64,000 nt of DNA. Source: Oikopleura dioica. Taxonomy: Eukaryota > Animalia > Chordata. The stretch covers positions 9,982,001-10,046,000 of the forward strand of contig OU015569.1 of NCBI GenBank assembly GCA_907165135.1. Direction: 5' to 3'. The notes beneath the pieces were generated by a model, which ran no database searches, was not told the DNA's origin, and saw only the letters and a program-made list of their open reading frames with translations. Position 1 is the first letter of the stretch. Each line of letters starts with the position of its first letter. Position numbers and translations under genes: made by a program. Shown here in pieces: positions 12,178-26,337 of the stretch.

Positions 12178-15100
12178 TTATTTTTCTTTGGACTGAAGAA
12201 CACGGAAATCATCGATGCTTTTGTATTTGGCGAGGATAGCTTTAAGTTCAGGATTGATGCCTTGGTCAGTGCGCCCCGAGTATCTCAAAAACGCCCAGAA
12301 TTTCTCCAAACCGTAGAGTTGGCCGTTCTTGTAATCTTCGAGGGTGTCTGCCTGGAAGTGTTTGTACACTTCTAATCGGAACTTTTTCTCAAGACCATAA
12401 GAGTAGAATCGGAAAAGACTCTCGATTCCGTATCTGAAAATTTAGTTACTTACATCAAGAATATGATAACTCTCTTTTATGAATTCAAACTTTAATGAAC
12501 TCTTACCTAGCATGTGGAGTTGTGGCTTCTCTGGCATCTGATAAGGCATTGCGTCTGAACTCTTCATACATTCCTTTGTTGAAGTTGTCGCGAAGGAAGA
12601 AGCTCCAGAAGCGGAAGAGCGTCTTCATTTCTTTAGACTCACCCGCGCCCTGTTCCACGCGCTCGGTCAAACAGTTCGATTGGTACTTGAGGTAGGGCTG
12701 TTGAATAAATCCTAAAGCCCGATGTAAGATTTTTGAGTATCGATGACGGCACAAACCTTTTTCTTTGAGTAGATTATGAGAGTCAGGGTTTGTAAAGGCA
12801 GGGATCGACTGAGGCGTGTTGGTGTCTGCTTCCTGACCCTTGAGCTCAGACGGCAAGTCTTCGCACATTGAGGTCTGGCGACTTCTTGTATTCAAATGCG
12901 GTCTTATATCGAAGTACCTAAAGTTGTATGTAATAGACGTGATACTCGATTTAGGTATTTCACCATCCGACTTCTTCTTCTTCGAATTCCGGGTTCAAAT
13001 GCGAGAGCTTTTTCTTGAGACCAGGCTTCGCTTCCTTCTTCTTCTTGTCTTTGTCTGCCAGAGGGTACCATCTCGGAGCCTGGGTATTGCTTTTGCTGGG
13101 CGTTGTTGGAATCGCTCGTGGCGTTTTGGAGCCAGTTGGCGTAACAGCTTTTGCTGCTGTCGGAGGAGGCTGTGTAGAGGGCGAGGGTGAAGCTGTTCCG
13201 TCAATCTGACGTTTTTTCTCGTCAAATTCCTCCGCCGGAAGATCCTTGATCTACGAATATCATCATTTAGAAAGCCATGAGAATAGCAATAGGCGTTTGC
13301 TCGAAAAAGTAACAGACTTATGCTCGTAGATTATTTAATTCACAATATATAAAGAAATGAAAGTTATTTATCAGCGTTTTGCACGCACCTTGGAGTTCTG
13401 GTCGTCTTCATTGTTGAGATGATTAGCCCACTTTGCGCGCTCCATCATAAAGATACCGTCCGAAATAATACGCGCTTGTTCAGCATTGTATTTCTTTCGG
13501 TTCTTGGGATCAGCGGTTCGTTCATTGACGCTGCGAACTTTCTGCGGGGGTGTCTGAAATTTATGATGAGCGAGATCCTGAAATTCGTGCCGTCATCACT
13601 TTGTTCGGGCGCGTCATTTTCAGCGAGTTCAAAATAAAAAAAGGATTCACAATCTCCTCAAACTAACGAGACATGGGACCCAAACATGTGACAATGAAAA
13701 CATTCTAGAGACGTTACCTTGGCGATAATGACAACATGGCTGAGTTCTTCGTCGGGGATATTAGCGGTTTCGTCATCGCTTTCACTATTGTAGTCGTTGT
13801 TTTCAGGGAGATCCTCGTCGGAGTCCTCTTGGTCGAATTTGAAGTCAAGCTCGTCGAGCTCTGGCTTTGGCTTCGCAAAGTCGTTCGTAGGACGGCTTGT
13901 TTCAGTGGGTGTCACGGACTTTCCGCCTTGCGATTCACTTGCCCGGCCGAGTCGCTTATTTTTCGCTACTAGCCATCCTTCATCAACGTCGCTATCGTCG
14001 TCAGCGTCTTCTAACAATGAAAGGTAAGAATGTTTGACAAAGTTATGCTTACGGTTTTTGGCAGCTGCTAAAGCTTCGTCAAATGTCTCTGTAACGGGAG
14101 TATCTGCAGCGCCACTTGATGGAATAGGCGCTTTTGGAACGAATTCTTGAGCGTTGATATTCCATTGGCTTTTGACTTTCTCTTCTGAACGGGTATTCGC
14201 TTTTTCATTCTTTGCGCTTTTCTTCGATGCCTTCAAATAAAGATTATTGGTCCTGTTATCAGATATTTAAACATACTTTTTTGGATGTCTCGTTCGGCTG
14301 TCCTAAAACTTCGACAGAGCTTGCACTAGCAGGAAGCAACGAGTCTGGAATATTCTTCACGGTACTTTCGTCTTTGTTAATAACCCACTAAAGAGACGTG
14401 AAGCAGATTAAAAAAAGCGATTCAACCTTGGTAGGAGCTTGTCGAGAGCGAATCATTTTCTTGCCGGCAACTCCGATGACCTCGAGTTCTTTGGAGCCAA
14501 CAAGAGAGCTTTCAATGAAAGAGAGTCGGTTCGACACGCCGTTAGTTAGTTCGCGAACACGCTTGAAGTCTGCTATGGTTGTTACGGGCAAGCAGCCATC
14601 CTCGTTCATTTTTTTACGAATCCAGTAGTCTTAACTCAGAGTAAAACACGTTTCAGGGCTGATCTTATTGCACCTTTAGCCAAATTTGCGTCCGAAAAGT
14701 AGTATTCAATCTGTTTGATGAGAGAGAGCTTGATGTCCTCTTCTGTTACGAGTGGAGGCTCTGGAGTAGAGACTGGGTAGTAGCCCTCGTAATGAGGATA
14801 GCCACCGACCGCTTGATATCTAAAAATATTGATAATCAATTTCTCAAATTTAGACGATTCGACGTACCCTTCTTGATTGTACCACATGTTGGGGTCATAA
14901 CCGCCAGCATACGGAGCGACAGCGATTTTAGGATCTCTCGGCTTGCTACTTGGCCCCTTTCTTGGCCGTCGAGCTCTCTTGTTTTCCGCACCTCTTTTGG
15001 CGTCCTTGCTCTCGCCGTTAGTTTCCTTCTTGCCCCTCGGTCTCGAGTTGTTCGAAGTGACATCGATCGACTGTCTTTGATTTTTCTAAAATAATATTGT

Positions 15101-16177
15101 GAATCCCTATCAAAAATATAAACATGTTAATTCACAATTTTTGAGACCTTTGGGCGATCCTTTCGTCGATCTTCTGAGGGTTTCTTTTCGGTAGGAGCTT
15201 TTGTCTCTGCATTTGTTTTATCGGCAAGAGGCTTTTCTGCGCGCTTTGGCTCTGGCTTGGCGCCTTCACCATCGCTTTTTACGTTTTTAGCTTCTTCGAC
15301 TGTCGGCCACTCGGGTGAGTTCGCTTGAGGATCAACTAAGCAGACAATTAGAATAAGTAGAGATTTCAGTAAAAGACATTAACGCAAGTGTCTTTTTACC
15401 TTTTTCAATCTTTGCCCAGCCCTTGGCAGCTGAAGCTGGTGCTTCCACTTTAGGTGCAGGTTTCGCAGCTTTCTGTGCAGCAGCTTCCTTCGGTGCCTCT
15501 TTCTTAGGTTCAATAACCTTTTTCGGCGCCTGATTCGGCTTTGGTGCAGTTTTATTTTCCTTTGCAGCGGCTGGGGTTTCTTTCTTTACCGGCAGCGGCG
15601 TCGCTGCTTTGACAGGTAAGGGCGTATTAGCTTTCGTTACTAAAAGATTCGCTAAGAACCTGAAAACTCATATAAATCTCATACCTGCAGGAGCTGACCC
15701 CCATGCAGACTTTGTTGGAGGTGGAGCTGGTATTAGAATGGTTTCTTTAACCTTCACTGGCTCTGGTTGGCTCTTTTCACTGCCTTGAGAGTCAACCTCA
15801 TCAGACTAGAAGGCAAAGGATCAGGCATTATATTTTTTATAATGATACCTTTGTGCCAACTTCTTCAGCTTTCGAAGTCTTTGAGTCGGCATTAGCGTCA
15901 GCCTTTTTGTCACCACCTCGACCAGGGCGACGTCGATTTGGTCTTTTACGAGCTGATAAAAGACAATTATCAGAAAGCAGCTGAGGACTTAGAAGTTACC
16001 TGACTTCTTCTTTTCTTGTGAGCTCGCAGTAGCGGCTGGTTGTCTCTTGTCGATCTTTTTCTTTTCAACAACTTCGTTCCAACCTTCCTCTACTTCCTGA
16101 GGTGGCGGCGTAGACGTCTGATTGAAGTTTTGAAATTTAAAAGCAGAAAGTGAACGTACCTTCGGGCTTGAACTCAT
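12178..16177 (-). CDS. LARP1: La-related protein 1 (La motif, PAM2, DM15 repeats)
   Basis: La motif [15 protein letters not shown]...[14 protein letters not shown]; PAM2-like [11 protein letters not shown]; DM15 [38 protein letters not shown] and [15 protein letters not shown]. Confidence 0.93.
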
Positions 16178-16353
16178 TTTGGAATAAACACAACTTGGGA
16201 GTGTGTTCTGCGTTCTTTCAAAATGAATTATTGGTTATTTGATCCGATCATAATTATCTTAAAATGAACAAAATTTAAAGCAATCGGAGAAAAGAAACAC
16301 GCGATCAGGCATTCAGGTATCCAGCGAAAAAGAGCGAAAAGAAAAGAAGAAAA

Positions 16354-18874
16354 TTATTTATCATGGAAGCCGATAGTTTCGTTAATTGCAAAGTGAAGTT
16401 TTTCGGAGAATTGTTCACGTGATTCGTAAATCGGAATGTCAAGGCGATTGAAACAAGTATGAGCTTTAGGAAGGAGATCAGGAGACCCCTCAATAAGGAC
16501 AAGGCTGAAAGGTCGTACAGAATTGGAATCTTTATTTGTTGCACCACGAAGGTTTTTGAAGCCTGCGACAGGTACCCGCGAGCTGCCTGTGCAAAATTGA
16601 AGAAGACGCGCGCGATTCACGTCGTCCATGGAACGCACAATAGTCCAGAACCATGTAACGAGCTCAGAGTCCGCGCTGAAAGGGCTTAAAAGAGAATATA
16701 GAGGGAAGAGTACTTACGTTAGGTGTCCGTATTTAGTGTTGCGCTGCCAGTCATCAACATCGATGGAGGCTAAGCCGCAAAGGACTAGTTCGAGCTCTCG
16801 TGAGTCGAAAACGCACAAGAAACTTGAAGGAACTATTTCAAAGAGTCCACTCTTGAGCGCTTGCAGCTGCTGCTCAGTATCACGTGATAGACGCCACGCC
16901 ACGTAAAGTGCAACATAGTCTCGCTAGAAGATTACTTAGTGATGGGTTCGAAAAAGGGTTCAGTCACCTTATTTAGCTCGGTGAGAGTAATTTTATCACC
17001 ATCGGGGCATAGATTCGCAGTTTTCTGTTCGCCAAGCACATCCCAGTCGACTGTAAAAGGCTGATCACCAAGGCCATTTTCGACGACATCGTTTTCAAGG
17101 ATCCAAGAGAGATTTTTATGAAGGTCATCATCTACCCCTTTCAGATCTTCAAGCGACAGTGGCAGCGAAAGGAGCTAACAAATCATTAGTGAAAGAAAAA
17201 AATTGACAATGGGTACTTGTTTGTAAATGATAGGAGAAAAAGCAGCATCGATGTAGTGCCCGTGGAAAATAGCGATGCCAAGCACGCGTCCGATGAACTA
17301 AAATTAACAGCGATAAATCTCGTTTGAAAGGCTCAATTACCTTGAAGTAGTTTAAGTGGTCAGGATTAGCGGACGATATCGGACTCAACTGCAGAAGATA
17401 GTCATCATCAGTAACATACTCGAAAAGCCCGTAATCTGGCGAGAACATTTGCTTCGAGAGTAAGTAGAGCCATTCTCGGGCGACACCGCCATAGTCAATG
17501 CCAATTTCTTTATCGAAAGTGATGTACAGGCGACTGTGGAGAAGATTTGCGGGGCATGCGAAGATAGCTCGGTAAGAAGACTCAAAGACATCTTCTCGTC
17601 TTGAGATATGTTTTTCAAAATGAATAGATATTATATCTATTGCAAATTATAATTTATAATAAAACGAGGCTAGGGACGAAAACAGAAACGCTGAAAACAA
17701 GTGCCTAAGTGATATTTTTAGCGCAGGATTCCCCTTGTCTGCAGAACGATGAAAAGTTCGGCTCAATTCGGAACGCAGGTGATATAGCTTTGATTGCAAC
17801 CGGACGCCAAACGATGCAGCAGCCGGAGCTGATGCTGGCGAGCGTGGAGTTAAAGGTTGTTCCAAACGGGGGTCTGTATATTGAGTTGTCTCGGTCTAAC
17901 ATATAAGATTTATGCTCAAAATAGCCGGAAAACCTCGTGATTAATGTAATAAGGACGACCATTGTCAAGTGTTCTGATCTCCCAGCCAGGGGAAGCGGTC
18001 CTTCAGATTGGACACGCCTCCGCGGAAATCGTGGATCGTGCCAAGTCTTCTGTCCAGTATTGTGGTTCAACCAAAACACTTGTCCTTTGTTTGTGACTCT
18101 TCTTTCATAATGTCTTAAGAATCATCTACTGATATTATTTTATGTGATTCTCATACTTTGGCAGCGGCGGTCCATGGATTATATCACGGCGGAAGTAATC
18201 CTTTTATGAGTTGAAAAATAGACAGCGAATTAAAATAGCCGCAAGCTTGTAGGCCAAAAAGCAATTTCTTATACAAAGACAGCACAGATTTCTTTTATTT
18301 TGGAATTTCAACTGCTTCCTGATCATGCTGCGGCCGTGAACGTGCCTCTGCGGGTGCTGAGGGACGGCGTGGGGCACGCGAGTTAACCTCTAAATAAACA
18401 ACGCCGCTATTGGCTTGATCTTTCGGGTTTCGCAAGCTGAGACTCTGGACTCCCCCTTGTTGCTTTAACCGCTCGATTTTAGCCGAAGAGAGATGCGTTC
18501 CACCGAGCACTTTCTTTCGCTTGTAGTCAATCACTTCCACTGTCAAACCATCTCGCTTTGAAATGGACAGATCGAAGTCCTGGTTGAATTTAGGCGCATC
18601 GTTCTCCGCCACGTTTTTCGTCTGAACCGACAAGTTTTTCCCATCGATTGCTATACGACAGAAGACCGATGGCTTGCTCTTTACGATGGTTGAACATTGT
18701 TGAATAACAATCTACTATTATATATAAATAGCGTTGATTTGTTTCGCTGAAGTTCTACATGGTGTGTTTTGTTTCCAAAATAGAAAGTCGTGCCCACGCT
18801 CAACCCATACTGAATAGAGAGCTCTTCAAGCCCTTGACTTGTTTTATCGACAATCGGATGCGTATGTTATCCAT
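16354..18874 (-). CDS. SMURF: C2-WW-WW-HECT E3 ubiquitin ligase, SMURF-like (apparent 1-nt frameshift at ~17990)
   Basis: C2 (IRIRLSIKQVKGL...PKFNQDFDL), two WW domains (FWLNHNTGQKTWHDPR; GWEIRTLDNGRPYYINHE|TETTQYTDPR) and HECT (DYGGVAREWLYLL; LLQFCTGSSRVPVAGFKNLRGA; LPKAHTCFNRLDIP). Confidence 0.88.
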
Positions 18875-19373
18875 TCCATGTTCTAGGTAAACCCTTGTTA
18901 TCAATGTCTGAGTTAGAGCAGACCTTGTTTAAGGAAACTAGGGAAAGAAAAAATAGGTCAGATTTTTTTGAATATATTTATTACATGTGGCAGTACACAT
19001 CCCATTTTCAATGTGTATAAGAAAAGATATGAGTAGTTAATAATCTGAGGTAAGAGCTGGAAGGAGAGCAATGTTGAGAAGAATTCGTGAAAGTTGAAGA
19101 TAAGGATACTTTCAACCGGTGAGAGCTGGTAAGGTTTACCACAATGGGAAAACATCACAACTCAAGCCCGTTGAGAGTAACCTTGGTAAGGTCAGTAGAG
19201 CAATGAATAAATTGAAGATAAGAAAGGAAACGCTGTTAAGCTGTGAACAACTGGGCAACTTAAAAGATAAGCCAAAATTGCTAGCGTTTACATAGCCTCA
19301 AACTGTGATTTCTGAAGCACGTACGCTTTCAATTAGTAGCTTAATTTGTTTGTGACCCGCGCTGTAAAGGCAG

Positions 19374-20775
19374 CTAATAACTTGCAAGTTTGTGTCCTGT
19401 CATCGACTCCACGACTTGTGGTAGACGGGTGACCACGTCAAGAATCTGAATTTAAAACAATCATTATTCTTGCTTTGGAAAAATTTGTTTACCTCGCCAG
19501 TGAGTCTTGAAGCACCGATTTCGCCATTTCCAGTTGAGACCATCGTGATCTTTCCTGTCTGGGCCAAAGGAGCAGCCACTTCTTCGGCAATCTATAAAGA
19601 GGTCAGCCGTTATAATCGAATTAACATTTTCAGGATTACCTTTGGAAGAGTTTCCAAAACCATGTCGACGATAGCAGCGTCTTTGTATTTGTTCCACGCA
19701 GCTGCCTTCTTTCTCATCTGGTCGGCTTCGGCCTTGGCCTTCTCTTGGATAGCGTACGCCCGGGCTTCACCCTGCAATCGCAATTGCTCAGCCTCTGCTT
19801 CTGCTTCCAGAACCATTCGAAGACGAGTAGCTTCAGCTTCCACTTCAAGCTTATACTTTTCGGCTTCTGCAGGCTTCTTGACTCGTGCTTCAAGTTCTTT
19901 TTGCTTGCGAAGTATCTCCTGATCCTGCAGCTCAATCTGTCGCTTTCGCTCGATCATTTTGACCTGCATTTCAGCGTCCTTCACTTGTTGTCGAGTCAAC
20001 GCTTCCTGAAGCTTCGTAGCCAAGTCGGAAATGGCCTTCTGCGTCTGGATTTCTTGATCATTCTGTGCCTTCCGCAAGTCAAAGTCCCGTTTTGACTGGG
20101 CAATCGCCGTGTCGTTTTGGTACTTGGACTCCATTCGTTCTTTCTCCGCGTGCGAGTTCTTGATCGCCGAGTTCATTTTCGCCTCTGCTTCACCTTTTCG
20201 TGCGTCTCGTTTGACTAACGCTGTTTGGCCTCGGCCGAGAGACGCAAGATACTCGTGGTTGTCATGAATATCCTTGAGGGTGTAGGAGACGACTGTGATC
20301 CCCATTGTGTGCATATCAGTGATAGACACCTCGAACACTTGTTCAGAGAAAGACTTTCGATCTTGGTAAATCTCTTCCACTGTCATCGTACCCATAATAG
20401 CGCGTTGATGACCTTCCATTGTTTCCAAGGCAATATGGCGGATTTCTTCTTCGTTCTTTCCCAAAAAATGCATGCATGCTAGGAGAGATATTTAGACCTT
20501 TTTTGATTGGCAGTGGACAAACCTCTATTTAGTAGGTCCTTGTCTTCTGATCCGATTTTGATCTGGGCGATACCGATGCAGGAAATCGGAACACCTTGCT
20601 TGGTGTTCACAGAAACCGACTTGATTTGTAAGGTCATCGCATTGAGTGAGAGGCGCTGGACTTTCTGGAAGATAGGCCACACCCATGCTCGACCACCACA
20701 AATCGTCTCAGGCTCAGACTTGCCGCATCCGGACACGACCATCGCTTCGTTTGGACCACATGTTTCGAAGCCCAT
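19374..20775 (-). CDS. FLOT1: Flotillin-1
   Basis: [16 protein letters not shown]; LSLNAMTL; [26 protein letters not shown]; EA-rich coiled coil; ends [17 protein letters not shown]. Confidence 0.95.
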
Positions 20776-20837
20776 TCTGAATGAATTGAAATGTTTAGGC
20801 AGTTCATACGAGGCAGTTTTCATTCTTTATTCATTCA

Positions 20838-21554
20838 TTAGATCAACGTGTCTTCCGCTCTGATGTACTCTCCAATATCGGCCTGATGAAAGACCACAAT
20901 ATTCATGGGATCGGCCTTTCTGATTTCACTCGTGTTCTTTGCTTTTGACGGTTTACGAAAAGTCAAATTACAATGGTAATTTACCAGCGCATCATCTAAT
21001 TACGAATCATAAACATTCCTGCAACCCCGAATCCAAGCGGAACATCATTCATCGTGTAGACAACGACTCCTTGATACTGATCCGTATTCTCTGTCACTCG
21101 ACCAAGTCCTGATTTTAACACGTGGTTCCCATAGAGGAAGCTCTGAAAATATATACGTCATTAAATCAATCAATCGTAAAAAATGTTTTCTACCTGTTCA
21201 CTGCTGGCTTTGAGCCACACCTTGAACTGCGCGTATGGGGCGAGATAGTCGAGAGCTGTTATCTGTAGGCGAAATTTCTTCGTTTTCGTGAATTTACCAA
21301 AACAGACACCGACAGAGATCAGGTTCTCGCGCGCGCAACTTCCTGCCTTCTTTACAATATCTTCCGAGGCGTAGTAGACTCGCTCTTTGTGCAAAATAAA
21401 CTGGTATTTTCCATCCGATCGCTCTAACAGACGCTTTATATTCTCGCTTCTAAAATATTGCTCAATCATCGGAAAGGCTAGTTAAAATTTACCCGATGTA
21501 GTTTGCCAATTTTTCAAAGAAAGCCTTGGTTTCATCGCCATGCAGAGGACGCAT
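20838..21554 (-). CDS. NIP7: 60S ribosome biogenesis protein NIP7
   Basis: [21 protein letters not shown]; [27 protein letters not shown]; [19 protein letters not shown]; [12 protein letters not shown]. Confidence 0.95.
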
Positions 21555-21653
21555 TTCTGTTCAAGATAATTCTGAATAGAACACGTGAATTATTCCTATG
21601 TCGACTTCCATGTGGCAATGATATGACGGAAGAATTCAAGTCCCAGACAGTTT

Positions 21654-23079
21654 TTAGTAATCTAGCCTTCTAAATATTAAATTCACGGTCTGGACTTGGA
21701 TCAGCGAATTATACGACAGCCAGCTTGTTGCATTAGGCCCAATCTAAAAAACTTTATTGAGGTGCGAAGGATATGATGAAACTTGCCTGCAAGCCGTCGA
21801 CAATAACAGGTCGGTCTCCGCAATTTCTCAGAAGGAAAACATTTTTCGATTTTTCGACAGATTTGCTTATCAAACACTGCCGCCTGTTAACGCGAGAAGA
21901 ACCGATTTCCTTCGTTAGATCGACATCAACATCTCCCCGCCCTAGGGAGAAATTGATAAAAATTTTTTATTGGCATTGTTCTACAAACCTATTGTTATCT
22001 GATCGAGTTCATCGGGGAAATAAAAAGAGGTAAAATCTCCGTAGATGTGAGCGCAATACTTTTTGAGTTTGTCAGGAGAGCTTTCTGTATTTTTTCGGGG
22101 AATGGCAGGTAATGTATTTGGGGCTTCATCTGCGGGGACAGCGGTGGCAGGGGGACGGCAGGCACAGGGCCTTCTGCGGCCATTTTCTGCGGCAGGACGG
22201 GGACAGTCGCAAGGGCTTTTATTTCCGTTTGCTGCAGACTTAACTTTCTCTTTTTCTTCTTCTTTATACTTCTGAATCAATTCCATTGTGTTGAGAATTT
22301 CGTGCATCTTTTGCATTTCGGCACGCTGCTGTCGCAAACGATGGTGCGTCTCATAGTCGATCTCGTTCAAATCCAGGTCCAGAGTGAGCACATCCTGATG
22401 TTGAAGGCTCATCGACGGATGAGGTAACTGAAATTTGTATAAAAAAGAGCTCTTTGTCCGCAGCAGGGATCCTGAAGAATGATCGATTCCTGCATTTTCT
22501 TACCGTTTGGTCATTGTGCAATCGATATTTGTAAAGCAATTTCCATTGCTCGTAAAGGGACGCTGGCGTACGACAGCTGTGGAAACGGGCAGCATTCGAA
22601 TTCAAAAACCTAGCAAAGTAACCGAGCGAAGGATCCTTGATTGCGCCGATCTCCTAAACATCTATTAGCGAGGACCTAATCAGACATCTTACTTCAATAA
22701 TAATTTCGTTCTCCTTTTCCGAAAATAAACAGCTCTCTTTCACAGCCTTCTTGAACGCGTTGAGACTGAGAGCTGATATTTCAGAACTCGCCGCGGCGGC
22801 TACATTTTTCCCCGTAAGCAATTTTCGCCACCTATCTTCGATTTCCGACAAGGTAAAGTAACAGGAAAAAGTAACGGCATTATGAACCAATTCAAGATCG
22901 TGCAACTGCTCGATAGCAATCTTTAGCTAAGAACAAATTTTACAAGCTTGACCAGGAACGCTTCTCACTTTTAGATCGTCTTCAGCCTGCCACCGCTGCT
23001 CGATCCTTTCGACGACGAATTCTTGCTTCTCACTCTTTTTTTCCCTCTTTGATGTCCGCTCTCGGTCTTTCTTTGGCAT
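21654..23079 (-). CDS. MCRS1: Microspherule protein 1 (MCRS_N plus C-terminal FHA)
   Basis: RWQAEDDLK|LKIAIEQLHDLELVHNAVTFSCYFTLSEIEDRW; FHSCRTPASLYEQW; FHA ITIG|RGDVDVDLTKEIGSSRVNRRQ...LRNCGDRPVIVDG. The exact stop is uncertain. Confidence 0.85.
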
Positions 23080-24590
23080 TGTCTGACCTAGATCAGACTC
23101 TGAAAAAATTTTTCCAGGTAATTCTCTTTTCGAATAGAGTGGAGATTGAGGGTTAGCTCGTTCAATCACATTCAGGAACATTCAGAAACAACGCACTTTT
23201 TACACGCAGTGTGAAGAAGGTAGACTTATCATTCAGATTTCGCGCAACACTTGTTGTCATATTTTAATACAGTATTTTATTGTTCAACTCCTACGGCTGG
23301 AACTGAAAATGAGCATGTGTCAGGAAGTATTTTAAGTTCAGATAGAGGTCTTTAGTAGATAAATAATAGGGATTCGACGAGGAAAGCGTCACTAGTAAAT
23401 TAGTGACTTTTTTGACGAGAACGAGATGATCAAGCTTGCAAATTTGAAATGGGGCTCTAAAACTATCATTCAGCAATTCAGCGGAGCTTCACTTCTAGCA
23501 GAAACTTTCGATGATTCACGAGAAACCACTCTTAGCTATCTCTATACTCTCAAATGCAGGGAGACCTACGCAGTTTGTCCTTTATCCTAGCAGGGCAATC
23601 AAAAAGACCTAAAACTGCGCTCAAAGAGAAACGGAGGTATTCAATTACGTATTTTGTTCTATATGGGCAAATAAATGAGTAATTACAGTTAGACGCAGAT
23701 GAGATTGAGATATGCATCTTGTGAGTCTAGGCTTGGCAACTAAGAACATTAGCATTTATTAAATAATACAAGAAAGTAAAATATCGTGAGCGATCCCTTA
23801 CATCTGAAATGGTATAAGTATCTTATATTAGTATATGACCGTCTCTTAATAAAAGTTCGTCCACGACACTTTATTATAAAACATCCTATCGAAAATAGTA
23901 CAAATGATATTGTAACGAATCATACGTTATTAAATTAAATAAACATGTAAGGGATAGATAAACTTCCCCTCTTTTAAATCGAAAATGTATAAACACGAAA
24001 AATCAAACGGATCAGATAGGCACCAAGAAAACAATATGATTGACGCTTCCATTTAGCATCGTTTTTTTTTTTTAATTTCTATATCTTTAACAAAATAAGT
24101 AAGTATATGGGTTAGTATGAGATAGATCGAGAAAAGGTGAGCTTTGAGACGAGGGGCGTGGGGGAGATAGGGGCTTGTACATGAGAACTTTATTGATATT
24201 GACATGATGTGGGAAGATGAATTTTGTCAGGTGAGTTACAAGATAGGAATCCAAAAAAGAAATAAATAAAGCGTATTGCCTTCATACTAGATATAAAAGC
24301 GACCATTTCCGATCTTTTCGGAGATTTTCATCCGACTGGGTTTCAAGTGGAGTGGGGTAGTGTTTGTGTAATTTGTCGTTAAATTGAAGAGAAATCGGAT
24401 AGGGAAACGATATGCAGTACAGTTTTAGGGTAGTACGTAGTGATGTAGTTGATAAATGCAACGTGACTGAGATCAATTGAGAAGTTGTTGGCAGCTATTT
24501 GAAAATTGTGGAGTACCAAATGTGTGGCGCCCAATTTAGCATTTTTGTTTGAAGGGATGGCCTCCAGCACGCAGCGATCGAAAAACTCGT

Positions 24591-26337
24591 CTATATCGAC
24601 TTTGCGAAACTTGTGAGGGGAAACGCAAGGCATGCACCGCCGAAGAGGCCAGCTACCAAGACAGTGCCCATCGTGCCGCCGACTTGTTCTCGAACCTTGA
24701 GAGGAGCAACTTCTGGAGCGTATGCCATCGCTAAATTGAATTTGATAACTCGTCAATCCAAAGAACACTCACCTATACTCGAAACCATTCCATTTGTGAT
24801 TCCGAAGAGAAGCATAATCAGACAAAAAGCGATGTCACTCTTGAACCAGGGCTCTGAGCGGGTATCTCCAACAGCGTCGACGAAAACGTTGCATTTGACG
24901 AACAAAATGATGAAGATGATTCTGCTCAATGAAAAAAGAACGAGTCGGTTAGGCTAATGATATGAGATGAGATAAGGACGGAAAGTGGATAATAACCTGA
25001 TCCGGCTTGATGAACTGAAGCTTGCCTGGACGAGTGATCCATTCAGAACTAACTCGACCAATTGTGTCGGCTACGTTAAAGAGGAAGAAAACTTGAGAGA
25101 GGTACAATTTCAATTTTCATTTTTGTAAAGAGGTATTGTCAACCTTGTGTTTATGAGTGAACCTTTCCTACGATGGTAGTGAATAATTTATCGTAGAACA
25201 AATTCGGATTATCTTCATCTGGTACGTAGTTAGCAGGTTTGATCGTGACAACTACTGCTGGGAAGCAACCTAAGAACCCGCTGAATCAAGGTCTCTCTCA
25301 TTATACGATACCTAAGGTTACGACGAAAGCGAAAAACACGCAAAACATGTATTTCGCTACGCCATTTTGGAGGTCCATAATAACGCTAAAGAGAGTGGCT
25401 TCAGGCTCGCTGCTCGCTAATTGTTCCTGTTCCTTCTTTACGAGGCCCTCCTTTTCTTCTTCGCCTTCTTGTTTGAGAACAATCTCTTCTTTAGGAGCAA
25501 GACGCTCTTGATAAGATGGAAGACGTTGCATATACAAGTAGATAGCTACGGTGATCACCATGAATACGGCAGGAATGACGAAGAAGAGCGACGCAGCCTG
25601 GACCACATCATCTTTGAAGACCAACTTGCAGAAAATGTCAACGACAGACGCGGCAATACCTCCAACTCCTTGACCACCCATGATAGAGGGCATGACATCG
25701 CCCACTTCTCCTCCGTGGCCAAACTAGAAAGAAACATTATTTGAAGCTAGAATTTCGATGCTTTGAACAGTGAAAGATTCACTTACGAGTGAAGCTTGAA
25801 GAATGGCACAAAAGACGGTGATGATGATTACATTGACCATCGTCTCAGCGAAAAACTGTCCTGGTGGTTTGTCCAGCTTTGTGTAAACTGCAGCAATGGT
25901 GAAACAGATTGCTATTCCAATCAGAGGGACAACAAAACGCGAGTTTCGAGATATTCTGTTCTATAGAAGAAGTAGTCTTGCTTTCAAAAATCCAAAATTA
26001 CCATAGCCAGAGTTGTCACAAAGCACATCACGAAATTGGTCGACATTGTCGCCAGGCCCATGGTAGCCTGCCAGAAATCCTGATAGGTTTGATCCTGAAA
26101 GCCAGTTAATAATTGAGATTTCATTGTTCATACCTGTTCTGTTCCATTTACTCCTGTTTCAGTGTAGTTAATTTTTAGTTTGTGCATCCAAAAATCGAAG
26201 GGTGTGATAAAAAAATTCCAGGGAAGAAGGGTCCCCATCCTAGTGGTGGAATGTTTAATAAATTTGGTCGGATATCGTTACCCAAGAATGAAGAAACAGA
26301 AGCGGATAAACCCGGGAGCCGATTCTTGTTGTGCCAT
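24591..26337 (-). CDS. Equilibrative nucleoside transporter (SLC29/ENT family)
   Basis: FFILG|MGTLLPWNFFIT; AILQASL|FG; IMGGQGVGG; VTL|GCFPA; FFLFNVADTIGR; FGITNG; YAPEVAP...GGTMG. Confidence 0.92.
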
